DNA from: Vulcanimicrobiota bacterium
GTDB taxonomy: Bacteria > Vulcanimicrobiota > Vulcanimicrobiia > Vulcanimicrobiales > Vulcanimicrobiaceae
Length of the DNA: 64,000 nt
Assembly: GCA_963795855.1 (NCBI GenBank)
Contig: CAWCIZ010000001.1
Coordinates: forward strand, 96,001-160,000
Direction of reading: 5' to 3'
Below, piece after piece: positions 52,430 to 62,404 of the stretch (positions are counted from its first letter, which is position 1; the number at the start of each line of letters is the position of its first letter). The position numbers were made by a program, and so were the translations under genes. The notes below the pieces were generated by a model that searched no databases, was not told the DNA's origin, and saw only the letters and a list, made by a program, of their open reading frames with translations.

Positions 52430-53596
52430 ATGCGCCGATTGCTGGCTGCCGTTGCCCTTGCGTTATTCACGCTGGCCGCGTCTCCATCGTCGTCCACCAC
52501 CACCGATCTCCAGCGCGTTCTATTTAATTACCTAACGGAGCGCGGCGCCAAAGAACATCTCTCCGCACTGTCACTGACGGTCAGCCCGAGCGCATCCCAG
52601 CCGGACATCAACATTGCTGCAGGCACGACGACGTACCAGGGCAGCACGCCGGTTACGCCGGCGAGTCTGTATCAAATCGGGAGCAACACCAAAGCCTTTA
52701 CCGCCGTCACTGTGTTGCAATTGGAAGCGCAAGGGCGCCTGTCCATCGACGCGCCGATTGGAAAATATCTTCCGCAATATCCGGCTTACCGCCGTCTCAC
52801 ATTGCGACGTCTCCTGAACATGACCAGCGGGCTCGAATCGTACGACAACACCGCCGCATGGGAGCGCAGTTACGCTGCACATCCGAACGCGAACGTTTCC
52901 GCCGATGCGCTCATTCGCATGGTCTACCCGCAGATTCGCTACGCGCCCGGTACGAAGTATCACTATTCGAATACAGGTTATTTACTCGCGCAAGAAATCG
53001 TCGATGCGCGAAGCAAAAGTCACAGTTTCGAAACTGAAATGGCGCGCATCATCGCGAGCGCGGGCTTGACAAACACGTTTTACACGTCGACGATCTATCC
53101 ATCATCGATTGCCGCACGGATCGTTGCCGGCTACTACGAGAACGACGAACCGGGTTTGCGTGCGCTGCTCGGAAAAGATGTGAGCCGCACGAGCCTTTCG
53201 TGGGCGCAGGGCGCTGGGTCGATGGTCTCGACGCCGCAAGACTTGGTCTCGTGGGCGCGCCAGTTATATACCGGAACGCACCTTTTGCCGGCAAAACAGA
53301 AACGCGAACTCATGAGTCTCGTTTCGACGAAAACCGGAAAACCAATAAGCGCGCCGACCGCAAGCGATCCCTCCGGCTTCGGCCTCGGCGTGGCGGAACG
53401 TTACGATCCGAAGATGGGGACGTTCTGGTTCTATCAAGGTGAAACGCTCGGGTTTCGCGCGGCGCATCTGTACTTTCCGCAGTCCGGTCTGGTGGTTGCG
53501 ATTTTCGCCAACAGCCGGCCGGTGGAAAGCCAGAGCCATCTGCCGCAATTGTTCGGTGCGCTTCAGAAGGTGATTCAGGCGCACACAACGCGGTAG
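52430..53596 (+). CDS. Serine hydrolase (class C beta-lactamase/D-aminopeptidase family)
   Basis: Signal peptide, IGSNTK (SxxK), LLNMTSGL, YHYSNTGY. Confidence 0.9.
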   Translation: MRRLLAAVALALFTLAASPSSSTTTDLQRVLFNYLTERGAKEHLSALSLTVSPSASQPDINIAAGTTTYQGSTPVTPASLYQIGSNTKAFTAVTVLQLEAQGRLSIDAPIGKYLPQYPAYRRLTLRRLLNMTSGLESYDNTAAWERSYAAHPNANVSADALIRMVYPQIRYAPGTKYHYSNTGYLLAQEIVDARSKSHSFETEMARIIASAGLTNTFYTSTIYPSSIAARIVAGYYENDEPGLRALLGKDVSRTSLSWAQGAGSMVSTPQDLVSWARQLYTGTHLLPAKQKRELMSLVSTKTGKPISAPTASDPSGFGLGVAERYDPKMGTFWFYQGETLGFRAAHLYFPQSGLVVAIFANSRPVESQSHLPQLFGALQKVIQAHTTR

Positions 53597-53663
53597 TCGC
53601 AAAGAACGGATCGCGCGCCTCGAGGGCCTACGAACAAAGATCGTATTCATGGTGCCATTCTCG

Positions 53664-54140
53664 CTATAATGAAATAGCGAGCTCCGAGCCTTTGGTCAAG
53701 GTCGCCGCTACATCGCCGTCCGCTTTCAAAACCACGAGTTGGGCATCGCCGCTCGGGGTTCGCGCCAGCCGGTACCGAACCGTCGCTTGCGGTTGCGGAC
53801 CTGCGGCATCAGGCTCGAGCGCGCGAATATAGTCGAACGACGGTTTCTTGACGGACTTCCCAACCTCACCGTACGCCGTGAACCTCCGAAGGATCGTGTT
53901 GCCGGTCGCGGCATACGTGCACTTCCAGTCGGAAAGTACGCGATAATCGACGCCCGCATCGGTAAACGTGTGCAGTGCTTCAACGTCGCACTTCGCGCCG
54001 GTCCGGTACACCACGGCGAACGTCCATCCGCCGGCGGGCGGAGGATTCCACGCGCCGATCAAGTGTGAAACGTCCGCGTTCGCTGACGACGGTGTTAGAC
54101 ATGACGCGAGCAGCGTCAATAATGCAAGAGTGTGTTTCAT
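53664..54140 (-). CDS. Secreted beta-barrel-like hypothetical protein
   Basis: Signal peptide, LIGAW, two Cys in the mature part. Confidence 0.65.
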   Translation of the reverse strand: MKHTLALLTLLASCLTPSSANADVSHLIGAWNPPPAGGWTFAVVYRTGAKCDVEALHTFTDAGVDYRVLSDWKCTYAATGNTILRRFTAYGEVGKSVKKPSFDYIRALEPDAAGPQPQATVRYRLARTPSGDAQLVVLKADGDVAATLTKGSELAISL

Positions 54141-54168
54141 GATTTGCTTTCCTAAAAACGCCGGAGCG

Positions 54169-55351
54169 TCAACAATCGACGGTTAAGCCGATTAACCGCA
54201 GAGCGTCGTCAACGGAGCTGCCGCGATGGTCTTTGGCGAGGACGCCCTTCCACTTGTCGTTCACCACGAGCGTCGCTTTGAAGTCTGAGGCGACGTATTG
54301 AAACGTGGCCGGTTGATCGAAGGCCTCGTTCAGATTGGCGAAACGCAAGGCCGTGGTGCCGGTCGCCGACGAGTTTAGACCTGAAGGCCCACTATAGAAT
54401 TTGCTTTGTTCGTGCAATCGGTCCGGGCTACGAAGTCGCCCATTTTCGTCGTCAAAACGGGCGCAAAGCCGTGCGCCAGTCGACCGCTGACCGAAAACGC
54501 CTCGTTGAAGTGCCCCACGGTGACCGACTCGCCCGCACTGGGCTTTCTTCCAAAGTACACGCAATAGTCCCGCCGGCTGATTCGATATTGACGTGCATTG
54601 CACCGGTGGCATCGCCGCTCAGATTACCGTCGGAAGCCCCAAGTGGAACTTGTACGAAAGGGCTTTGGGCAATGGGAGTTTCGGCGCTCCGAACAACTGC
54701 CAGGCCTGGCGTTGGGTCTCGACCGGGAGTTGCGCGTCCAGCGAATCAGTCGCCTCGAGTTTGAGCGCGTAATAGTCGCAGTTGCAGATGAGGGTTTTCC
54801 GTTCGTCGGTCAGGAACTGTTGCTCCCGGGCATAGGCTTTGACTCTTCTGCGGGAGTCACTTGGTACACGTGATACTTCCCGCCGGCCTTTGCCCGCTCG
54901 CAGAATTCCCGGTGCATGTCTTCATGGATGGATAAGGCTTTTCGCATGCATGGCGTGTGCAGCGTTGCGAAATCTTTCGGCACACTAGTAAGGCACGATG
55001 TTTGGCCGAAGAGGAAGAACAGGTCTTCTCGCAATATCAACTTCACCGGTCCTGGGTTGCTCGCCGCGCGGGAATGGGCTGAGCAGTTTACTGCCGCGCG
55101 CAAAAGCATTCAGCCGGCCTTGAACATAAGGTTCCCAATCGCGTTGACGGAGATCCTCCGGATGCTCAGATTGAAGCATCCGCTGAAATGCATCGAATTG
55201 CCGCCGAGTCCTCCAGAATACGATATTGAATCTGCGCAAGGTCATCGCACGAACATTCAATACCGGTAGCGCCGCCCGCCGGAATTGCGAGCGTTACGAC
55301 GAGGCAGATCGCCGCGACTCCAACAATCGTTCTGACGGGCGCAAACTTCAT
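54169..55351 (-). CDS. Secreted Cys-rich HExxH protein, copy 1 (multiple frameshifts)
   Basis: Signal peptide, GIECSCDDLAQIQYRI, HTPCMRKALSIHEDMH (54912-54926), ICNCDYYALK, C-term LIGLTVDC. Confidence 0.7.
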
Positions 55352-55476
55352 GGCGTTCGGCCGTCAACGATGAAGTCCCAAACGGACGGCTGGAACATCT
55401 GCGTAATGCGTTCAACTTTTACGGGACCGCGATCGTCCCCAATCGCGCCGGTCGTGGTGAGCCTGAGTCGTGTCAT
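55348..55476 (-). CDS. 42-aa ORF resembling the C-terminus of the 61254-61916 protein
   Basis: MTRLRLTTTG...QMFQPSVWDFIVDGRTP*; ATGA-coupled to the HExxH gene. Confidence 0.45.
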   Translation of the reverse strand: MTRLRLTTTGAIGDDRGPVKVERITQMFQPSVWDFIVDGRTP

Positions 55477-55483
55477 GTGCGGA

Positions 55484-55530
55484 TTCTAGACCAACTTCGT
55501 TGAGATACCGTCTAGACGTTGCGTAGACGG
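55484..55530. promoter_or_regulatory. CTAG-rich motif with 11-bp-spaced TAGACG repeats
   Basis: TAGACG at 55513 and 55524; CGTCTAGACG palindrome; motif shared with 61925-61957. Confidence 0.55.
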
Positions 55531-55780
55531 CGACTCCCGCATACTGCTCGCGTGGCACAAAAACGAACGGAACATGTGTTTCTCGTAAGACTTTGGAAGC
55601 CGAGGGCGGACGGATCAAGCACCTTGGCGGGGATCGGTTGACCATCTCGCGACCGGCGGACGGCAATACTTCACCGAATTACGAAGTCTGTCGCGGTACA
55701 TCAGCGCCCAGACGCGAGGCTCAACCGCCACCGATCCAAGCGAGAAGACGCTGAATCCGCTCGCCCGCCCGTGACCATGA

Positions 55781-58700
55781 ATGGTCGGTATGATAGGCTT
55801 TGACTATGGGACGGCCGCCGGGACGGGAGCGCGCAAGCGCCCCGGCTTGTTCATCGGGCTCTTCGGAAAGCCGCGATTCGCGTACGACGAACAGGCATGG
55901 CGTTTCGTTGCCCCGCCGCGCACGCTTCCGCTGCTCGCTTACCTGGTCTTGCATCGAGGAAAGGCCGTTGCCCGCGAGGCCGCCGCGTTTGCGCTCTGGC
56001 CGGACGAAACCGAGAGTGATGCGCGCTCGAATCTGCGGCGCCATTTGCACTATTTGCAGAACGCCTTGCCGCCGAGCGAACCTGACTGCCCGTGGGTTCT
56101 CGCGCACGGCCGCACCACATTGCAATGGAACGTGCGCGCCCGCTGCCGCGTCGACGTCGCCGAGTTCGAGCGTTCGGGCGAGGATGCAAAAGCGCTTGCG
56201 CAAGCCGTTGACCTCTACGCCGGCGATCTGCTGGAAGATGCACTTGACGAATGGCTCGTGTACGACCGCGAGCGCTTGCGCAACCTGCAGATTCGCTATC
56301 TCGAACGGCTGAGCGATTCGGCGCGCAGCGACGGCGAATTTGCGCGGGCGTTGAGCTACGCCCAGCGCCTGCTGGCGATGGATGCCGTCCGCGAGGATAC
56401 GATTCGGCAAGTCATGGAGCTGCGTTATGCGATGGGCGATCGCAGCGGAGCGCTTTCAGAGTTTGAACAATTCGCAAAACGCCTTCGCGCAGTCCTGGAC
56501 GTCGAACCGATGGCCGAAACCCGCGCTTGCTATGAATCGATTCTACGCAACGCGCCGGTGACGCGCTCCGCCGGCGAAATGAGCGCACAGACCGAGAACG
56601 CCCGGCAGCGTTGGATGCTCCCCTTCGTCGGTCGCGAAACGGAACTCGATCAGCTGCGAACGTGGTGGACGCGAGCGGCGCGCGGCTCGGGTAGCGTCGG
56701 ATTGATCGGCGGCGAGGCGGGAATCGGCAAAACTCGTTTGCTCTCCGAGTTTTCGCGCTTGGTGACCGCGGAGGGCGGGCGCGTTCTGCAGGGCGGCGCA
56801 ACCGTTAACGAGGCGGTTCCGTACGAACCGTTCATTCAGGCGCTGCGAAATGCGCTTCCGCTGATCGCTTCCGCAAAAATCGAGGGTATTTGGCTCTCGG
56901 TTCTCGCGACGCTGATCCCCGAATTGCGCGACCGATGCCCGAATCTGCAACCGCCGGCGCAAGTCGGCGCGGCCCAAGAGCGGGGCCGGCTTTTCGAGGC
57001 GCTCGTCCAAGTCGTCGGCGCATTGGCGCAACGAACGGCCGATGTTGCTCGTTCTCGAGGACCTGCACTGGGCAGGTTCCGCGACGATCGACTTCTTGGA
57101 ATATCTCTCGCACCGCACAAGTGCGATGCGGCTGATCGTGCTGGGATCGTATCGCGACGAAGAGGCGGGTCGGCGGCATCCGCTTCGAAAGCTGCGCCGC
57201 GCGCTGGCGCGCGATCCGCACTCGTTCCGTGTGACAGTTGGGCCGGTCTCAGAGTCCGCGGTCGCAGCAGCTGGTGAAAAAACTCTCCAAGAGACAACCG
57301 CATTTTCGCGAGCTCGCTTCGACGCTCTATGCGCGCAGCGAGGGCAGCCCGCTCTTCCTTACCGAGCTCATTCGCGACGTGCGCGAGTCGGGCACCGCAG
57401 CGGACCTGCGCAACGCCCTTCCCCTCGGGCTCAAAGAAATCGTCGCAAGCCGCCTTTCGCGCTTGTCCGAGAGCTCGCGATCCCTCGCCGAAATGGCTGC
57501 AATCGTTGGAAACGCGTTTGACGTCGATCTGCTGCGAGAGTTGAGCGGATGGAGCGAAGATCGCGTGATCGGCGGGCTGGACGAACTGCTCGATCGCCAT
57601 CTCATTCGTGAAGCCATCCCCGGCGAGCGGGGAGACTATACGTTTTCACATCAACTGATCGAGGGCGCCATTTATTCCGAAGCCGGCGAACGCAACCTCA
57701 AGCGACGGCATCGTCGCGTCGCTGTGGCGATGGAAGAGATGTACGGCGATCGCCTCGACGACTTCGCGCATCGAATCGCCTATCACTTTGAACGCGGCAC
57801 CGAGCCGAGCCGTGCCGCGCGCTACTTCGAGCACGCCGCATCCCTGGCGCTTGAAGTTTTTGCTTACGAAGAGGCCGTCGCTCGCGCTACACGCGGGCTC
57901 GAACTCACGACCGACGCGCCGGCCCGCGCGAACCTGTTGTTGCTTCGAGAACGCGCGCATGCCAGGCTTGGCAACGGCGAGGCTCGCCGTCGCGACGTCG
58001 ATGAAGTCTCGCGATCTGATTGAAATCTCAGCGATGCACCGTTACACATCGAAGTGCTCGCGCGGCGGATCGATCTGTATCACTATTTGGCTGAGCGCGA
58101 CGCAGAGGCTCGCGCAATCGCGGAGTACAAGGCGATGGCCGAATCTCTCGGTTCATCGTCTGAAACGGCAAACGCGCTTCTGGTCGAGGGTCGATACTTC
58201 ATGTTGACCGGCCGCTACGAGCAAGCCAAGGCGTCTTGCCGCCAAGCGCTCGAACTCGCACTGCAATCAGAGGATGCTTCGGCGAAAGTGGATAGCCATT
58301 GCAGGTTGGCGGAGGCATACGAACGCTGCGGTGAGTTCGAGAGCGCTGCGCAACACGTTGCGGCGGCAAGATCGCTTAGTATCGAAGCCGGCGATCCCGC
58401 ATTGCGCCTGCGCGTGCTCTACGCTTGGAGCCGGTATCTCAATATGCACAAGACCGGAGTCGAACTCCTCGCCGTTTCTCGCGAAATGCTCGAATTGGCA
58501 ACGCAGATCGGCGACCGGTACTACGAGGCTACGGCGCTGCAACGCGATGGGCATCGCGCTTTCCTTGCAGTTTCATCTCGATGACGCCGGGAAACAGTAC
58601 GAGCGCGCATTTGCTCTTTTCGAAGCAATGGCGCATCAGCAAGGTGTGATCGCGGCGCTGCACAACATGGCGGTGAACGAGCTGCGGCTGGGACGGTGCC

Positions 58701-59424
58701 GGAAGGCCCTCGCGATCTCCGACGAGGTCCGGCGGCGCTCGACCCAGACGAATGCGCCGCTGTTTCTGGAAACGGCTACGATCAACGCGAGCAGCGCGTG
58801 TCTGCGTTGCGGCGACTTCCCGCGGGCATACGAGCTCGCAAGTGAAGCAGTGATTCTAACGACGCGCACCAACTCGCAAAACCGCGCGGCGGCAATCGAC
58901 GTCCTCGGTCAGGCGGAGGTCGAGCTTGGCCATTACGATGCTGCGATCGCTCACTTTGAACAAGCGATCGCGTTGACGGAGGAATCCGGATTGGAAGCGC
59001 TCGCGAGCGATTCGTTAGCAAACTTGGCGAACGCCTATCTCCGCAATGGACGCATCGCGGAAGCTTGGCGGCCGTCGAACGATTCGCACCGCTGCTCCAG
59101 GAACGGTGCGACGAAGTCGAGGAGCCGGAGCGGCTCTTTTGGGTAGCGGCGCAGGTGTATCGCGCAGCGGGTAAGGATGCGGAAGCGCGGGCGAATCTGG
59201 AGCAGTCTTATGCAGTCTTTGGCAGCCGCTTGGAAACGATCCGCGCGACGTCTTCCTCGGACGCCTACGAAGCGATCGGCTTCCATCGGGAGATCGTCGA
59301 CGCGCACGAGCACGATCTTTGGCCCGCGGCTTGCGGCTATCGCACAAGCGTGAACGTTCTGCTGCTGCTCACGATCGTTGAACCGGCTTTCAAGACCAGG
59401 CGCGCCTTCATCGGCCCAAGGTAG
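55781..59424 (+). CDS. BTAD/SARP-STAND ATPase-TPR transcriptional regulator (multiple frameshifts)
   Basis: LLAYLVLH..ALWPD..NLRRHL wHTH, VDVAEF..YAGDLL BTAD, FVGRETEL, GEAGIGKT, VLEDLHWA, SEGSPLFL, YTFSHQLI, TPR helices. Confidence 0.88.
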
Positions 59425-60095
59425 CGCGCATCGCGCTCGCCCCAGACGATCTCCTGATACACGTAATCGACGTGGTTTGCGTCATGTCCGAGTTTAGCGG
59501 GGTAACTCGCGACCGTTTTTCCGCGACTTGACAGTTCAATTGTCGCCGAGATCGATTGCGCGTCGACTCCCGGAGCCCGGTATTGCGCCGAAAACATCGC
59601 GCGGGAGCCGAGCGGTAACGTAGTCGTGCTCGTGAAAGCGTTGCCGTTGACGACGGCTACGTTCACCACGGAAACGCCGGGTGGGTCGTGGCTATCGCCC
59701 GCGGTAACGATTGCCGCGGACCAATTACAATCGCTCGGCAGTGCAATGTGAATCCGATATGTCCCGCTCGGGAGCGTCACGGTAGGGGTGTAATGATACG
59801 GCATCATGTCGTTGGAGAGCGTGACTCCTTTTGCTATTGCGAAGCCTTCAGAGCTTCCCACGCGCTCGAGCACACCGCCGAATATGCATTCCGGATCGCT
59901 TGTGTTCGGCGGCATTCGCGCCCAAACGTCGATGAAGTACCGGCCGCCCAGCAGATAGAACGGGCCGCCCGTGCTGGGGCCGGCGCTGCCGTAGAAGTAG
60001 CCTTCGTCAGCGCTGGCGCTTCCCGCGGCAAAGACGAGCATGGAGCCGCAGAAGATCGATACCGCGAGCGCCCGAGCTGTTTGCATCAAGTTCAT
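59337..60095 (-). CDS. Secreted hypothetical protein
   Basis: Signal peptide ending ASA, beta-rich, Cys pair. Confidence 0.7.
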   Translation of the reverse strand: MNLMQTARALAVSIFCGSMLVFAAGSASADEGYFYGSAGPSTGGPFYLLGGRYFIDVWARMPPNTSDPECIFGGVLERVGSSEGFAIAKGVTLSNDMMPYHYTPTVTLPSGTYRIHIALPSDCNWSAAIVTAGDSHDPPGVSVVNVAVVNGNAFTSTTTLPLGSRAMFSAQYRAPGVDAQSISATIELSSRGKTVASYPAKLGHDANHVDYVYQEIVWGERDARYLGPMKARLVLKAGSTIVSSSRTFTLVR

Positions 60096-60108
60096 GACAT
60101 TCTTTCCG

Positions 60109-61257
60109 CTAGCAGTCTACTGCTAGACCGATGACGTGAAGTGCTTGTTCCACGGTACTTCCGCGATGATCGGCGGCCGTCACGTTTTTCCACTTGTCGT
60201 TGACGATGAGTGTCGTTTTAAAATCGCGAAAGCGTCGTTCTGATCGTTGTCGTGGTGCTTCACGGGATCGTCGAGCGCCGTGAATTGCCACAGGGTCGAT
60301 CCCGTAATATTCGGCTGCGCGCTGAACGAATGCGACGTCATGCCGCGAATCGTCGAGCATTGCCCGGATTCTTGAATGCGAATCGGTCGTCGTCGCGACG
60401 TTCAGCGCCGGACCACGCGAGAGTCACCGGCCACCTCAAACGAATCGCCGATCGTCCCTTTGCTCTCGCAGCTGCAATGCTGCACGTTTGCCCACGTTGG
60501 GGTCGTTCATGTACATTCGCGCCTTTGAGCCGTCCCCTGGAGCGTTCCGTTCTTGGCGCTGAAGCGGAATTGCACGATCGCGGGCTTGGGCAGTCGAGAG
60601 ACGTGACCGTCCACATGTCGTTCTGCTGCATGTTGCTCGTCGTCCAATGCCCGAGATAGCGGTTCCGCTGAATTTGAGCGCATAGTAGTCGCAGTTGCAG
60701 AGCAGTTGCTTTCGCTCGTCCAAAAGATACCGCTGCTCTTTGCCGTACGCCATGACTTCTTCACCGGCGGTCACCCGGTATACGTGATAACCGCCGTTTG
60801 CTTTCGCGCGCTCGCAGAATTGCCGGTGGATGTCCTCGTGGATGAGCAGCGCCCGACGCATGCAGGGCGTGTGAACTGTATTGAAATCCGGCGGCAGGGT
60901 CGTCAAGCACGACGTCGCGCCGGTTAGCCAAAAGATATCCGGCCGGAGATCGACTTCTCTCGTCTTGGCTTGCTCGCCGCCGATGAACGGCGATCTCAGT
61001 GGACTGCCCTGCGCAAACGCATCCAGCCGGCTTTGCACGAACTGCTCCCAGTCGCGCTGGTGCGCGCCCAGGATTGCGTGCGTCGATTTCAGCGAAGGTT
61101 TCAATGGCTTTTTGATCTTCCATGATGCGGTACTGGATCTGCGCAAGGTCGTCACACGTGCATTCAATGCCGCCTTGGGCCGGAGCGGGAATCGCCAAAC
61201 TCAGCAGCGAGCAGACTACTAACGCGGCCTTCGCAAAAAGGAGAGACGCTGTATCAT
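60109..61257 (-). CDS. Secreted Cys-rich HExxH protein, copy 2 (multiple frameshifts)
   Basis: GIECTCDDLAQIQYRI, HTPCMRRALLIHEDIH (60826-60840), GEEVMAY, LCNCDYYALK, C-term VIGLAVDC. Confidence 0.72.
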
Positions 61258-61916
61258 TGCGGCGCGGCGGAAACGCTGAAGTCCCAGGCCCAACCTTGAT
61301 AGATTTGTTGCTTCGAGGTCCGCTGCGCGCTCTGCCCCGTGCTTGAGTACGTGACAGGCTGCACGTCAGGGTCGCGCATTGCGACCGCGTATTCTCCGGG
61401 CGGCAGCGGCTGCGCCGGCGTTATGCGATAGCGGCCCGCTCCTAGGTTTTGGACCGTGCTCTGCGCGCGCTCGTCGGCGAGGGGATCGACGGTATTCATA
61501 CCGGTACGTATGTGCGATGTCGTCGTCTGCGTATCGATCAGCCGCCGGTTACCGTCGACGCGCAGCCGAATCAGGGCGGGTGTGAAGTGTGCCGGATCGA
61601 CGACGCCGCCGCTTGGGATCTTTATCTCGAAGACCGGCGACTGCGTGGTCACCGTTGTGGCGTGCGTCCCCTGCACGCCGAATTGCGTGTGGACTTTCAT
61701 GGTGGACGGCACGATGGGCAGGAACATGGAAAGCGCGTTGGGCTTGTCCGGGTTGACGGATTCGGCCGGCTGACCCTTAGTGATTTCGGTCTTGCCGTTC
61801 GAAGAGATCAGGTACACGTGCACTTGCCCGTCTGCCATTTGAGCCTGGGCAGGGAGCGCGGAGAGGACGACAGCGCAGGCCGCGGCCGCAAGAGTGACGA
61901 CGCCGAAGGTTTTCAT
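61254..61916 (-). CDS. Secreted hypothetical protein
   Basis: Signal peptide ending AQA, YRITPAQPLPPGEYAV, C-term AWDFSV. Confidence 0.75.
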   Translation of the reverse strand: MKTFGVVTLAAAACAVVLSALPAQAQMADGQVHVYLISSNGKTEITKGQPAESVNPDKPNALSMFLPIVPSTMKVHTQFGVQGTHATTVTTQSPVFEIKIPSGGVVDPAHFTPALIRLRVDGNRRLIDTQTTTSHIRTGMNTVDPLADERAQSTVQNLGAGRYRITPAQPLPPGEYAVAMRDPDVQPVTYSSTGQSAQRTSKQQIYQGWAWDFSVSAAPQ

Positions 61917-61924
61917 GGATCGAA

Positions 61925-61957
61925 TTCTAGGAGGCTATCGTCTAGGTAACGTCTAGG
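61925..61957 (-). promoter_or_regulatory. CTAGACG direct repeats, 11-bp period
   Basis: Minus strand reads CCTAGACG-TTA-CCTAGACG-ATAGCCT-CCTAGAAT before the ATG. Confidence 0.6.
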
Positions 61958-62231
61958 CACATCGACGCACGGATTCGAGATTCCGCAGAGCCGCACTAAC
62001 TAACGTTTGAAAGGTGCAATGGAGCAATGAACGACTTTGCAGCGATCCGCGCAAATGATAACGGTCGGGGGTGCTAGATCCTGTCGTGACCCGATGATGA
62101 TTCGAGCCGACATATGACAGTATCGATGAAAGAGTAACGCCCGAATCGTCGTCCCTGCAACCGATTCTTAAATCGGGAGGCTTGCGCAAAAAGAAGAGCG
62201 CAAGAATTTTCGGCATTTTTCTATTTGGAAT

Positions 62232-62307
62232 TGGTAGCCCCAACGGGATTCGAACCCGTGTTACCGCCGTGAGAGGGCGGCGTCCTAGGCCTCTAGACGA
62301 TAGGGCC
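62232..62307 (-). tRNA. tRNA-Glu(CTC)
   Basis: GGCCCTA..CCGCC-CTCTCAC-GGCGG..GGTTCGAATCC..ACCA cloverleaf. Confidence 0.97.
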
Positions 62308-62313
62308 GCAACG

Positions 62314-62385
62314 CTCCCGGGGATGGACTCGAACCACCGGCATCCAGATTCAGAGTCTGGCGTTCTTCCACTGAACTACCCGGGA
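62314..62385 (-). tRNA. tRNA-Gln(CTG), CCA not encoded
   Basis: TCCCGGG..CCAGA-CTCTGAA-TCTGG..GGTTCGAGTCC..CCCGGGA. Confidence 0.95.
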
Positions 62386-62404
62386 ATGAGCAGCGACGGT
62401 TATA

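Noticed and set aside
58021..58023. In-frame TGA in the STAND regulator as a third selenocysteine
   Set aside because: Lies in a TPR helix with no redox-Cys context and no clear SECIS, in an indel-rich gene; compensating indels are more likely
49000..62232. Integrative element at tRNA-Glu
   Set aside because: No integrase gene and no direct repeat of the tRNA 3' end found in the window
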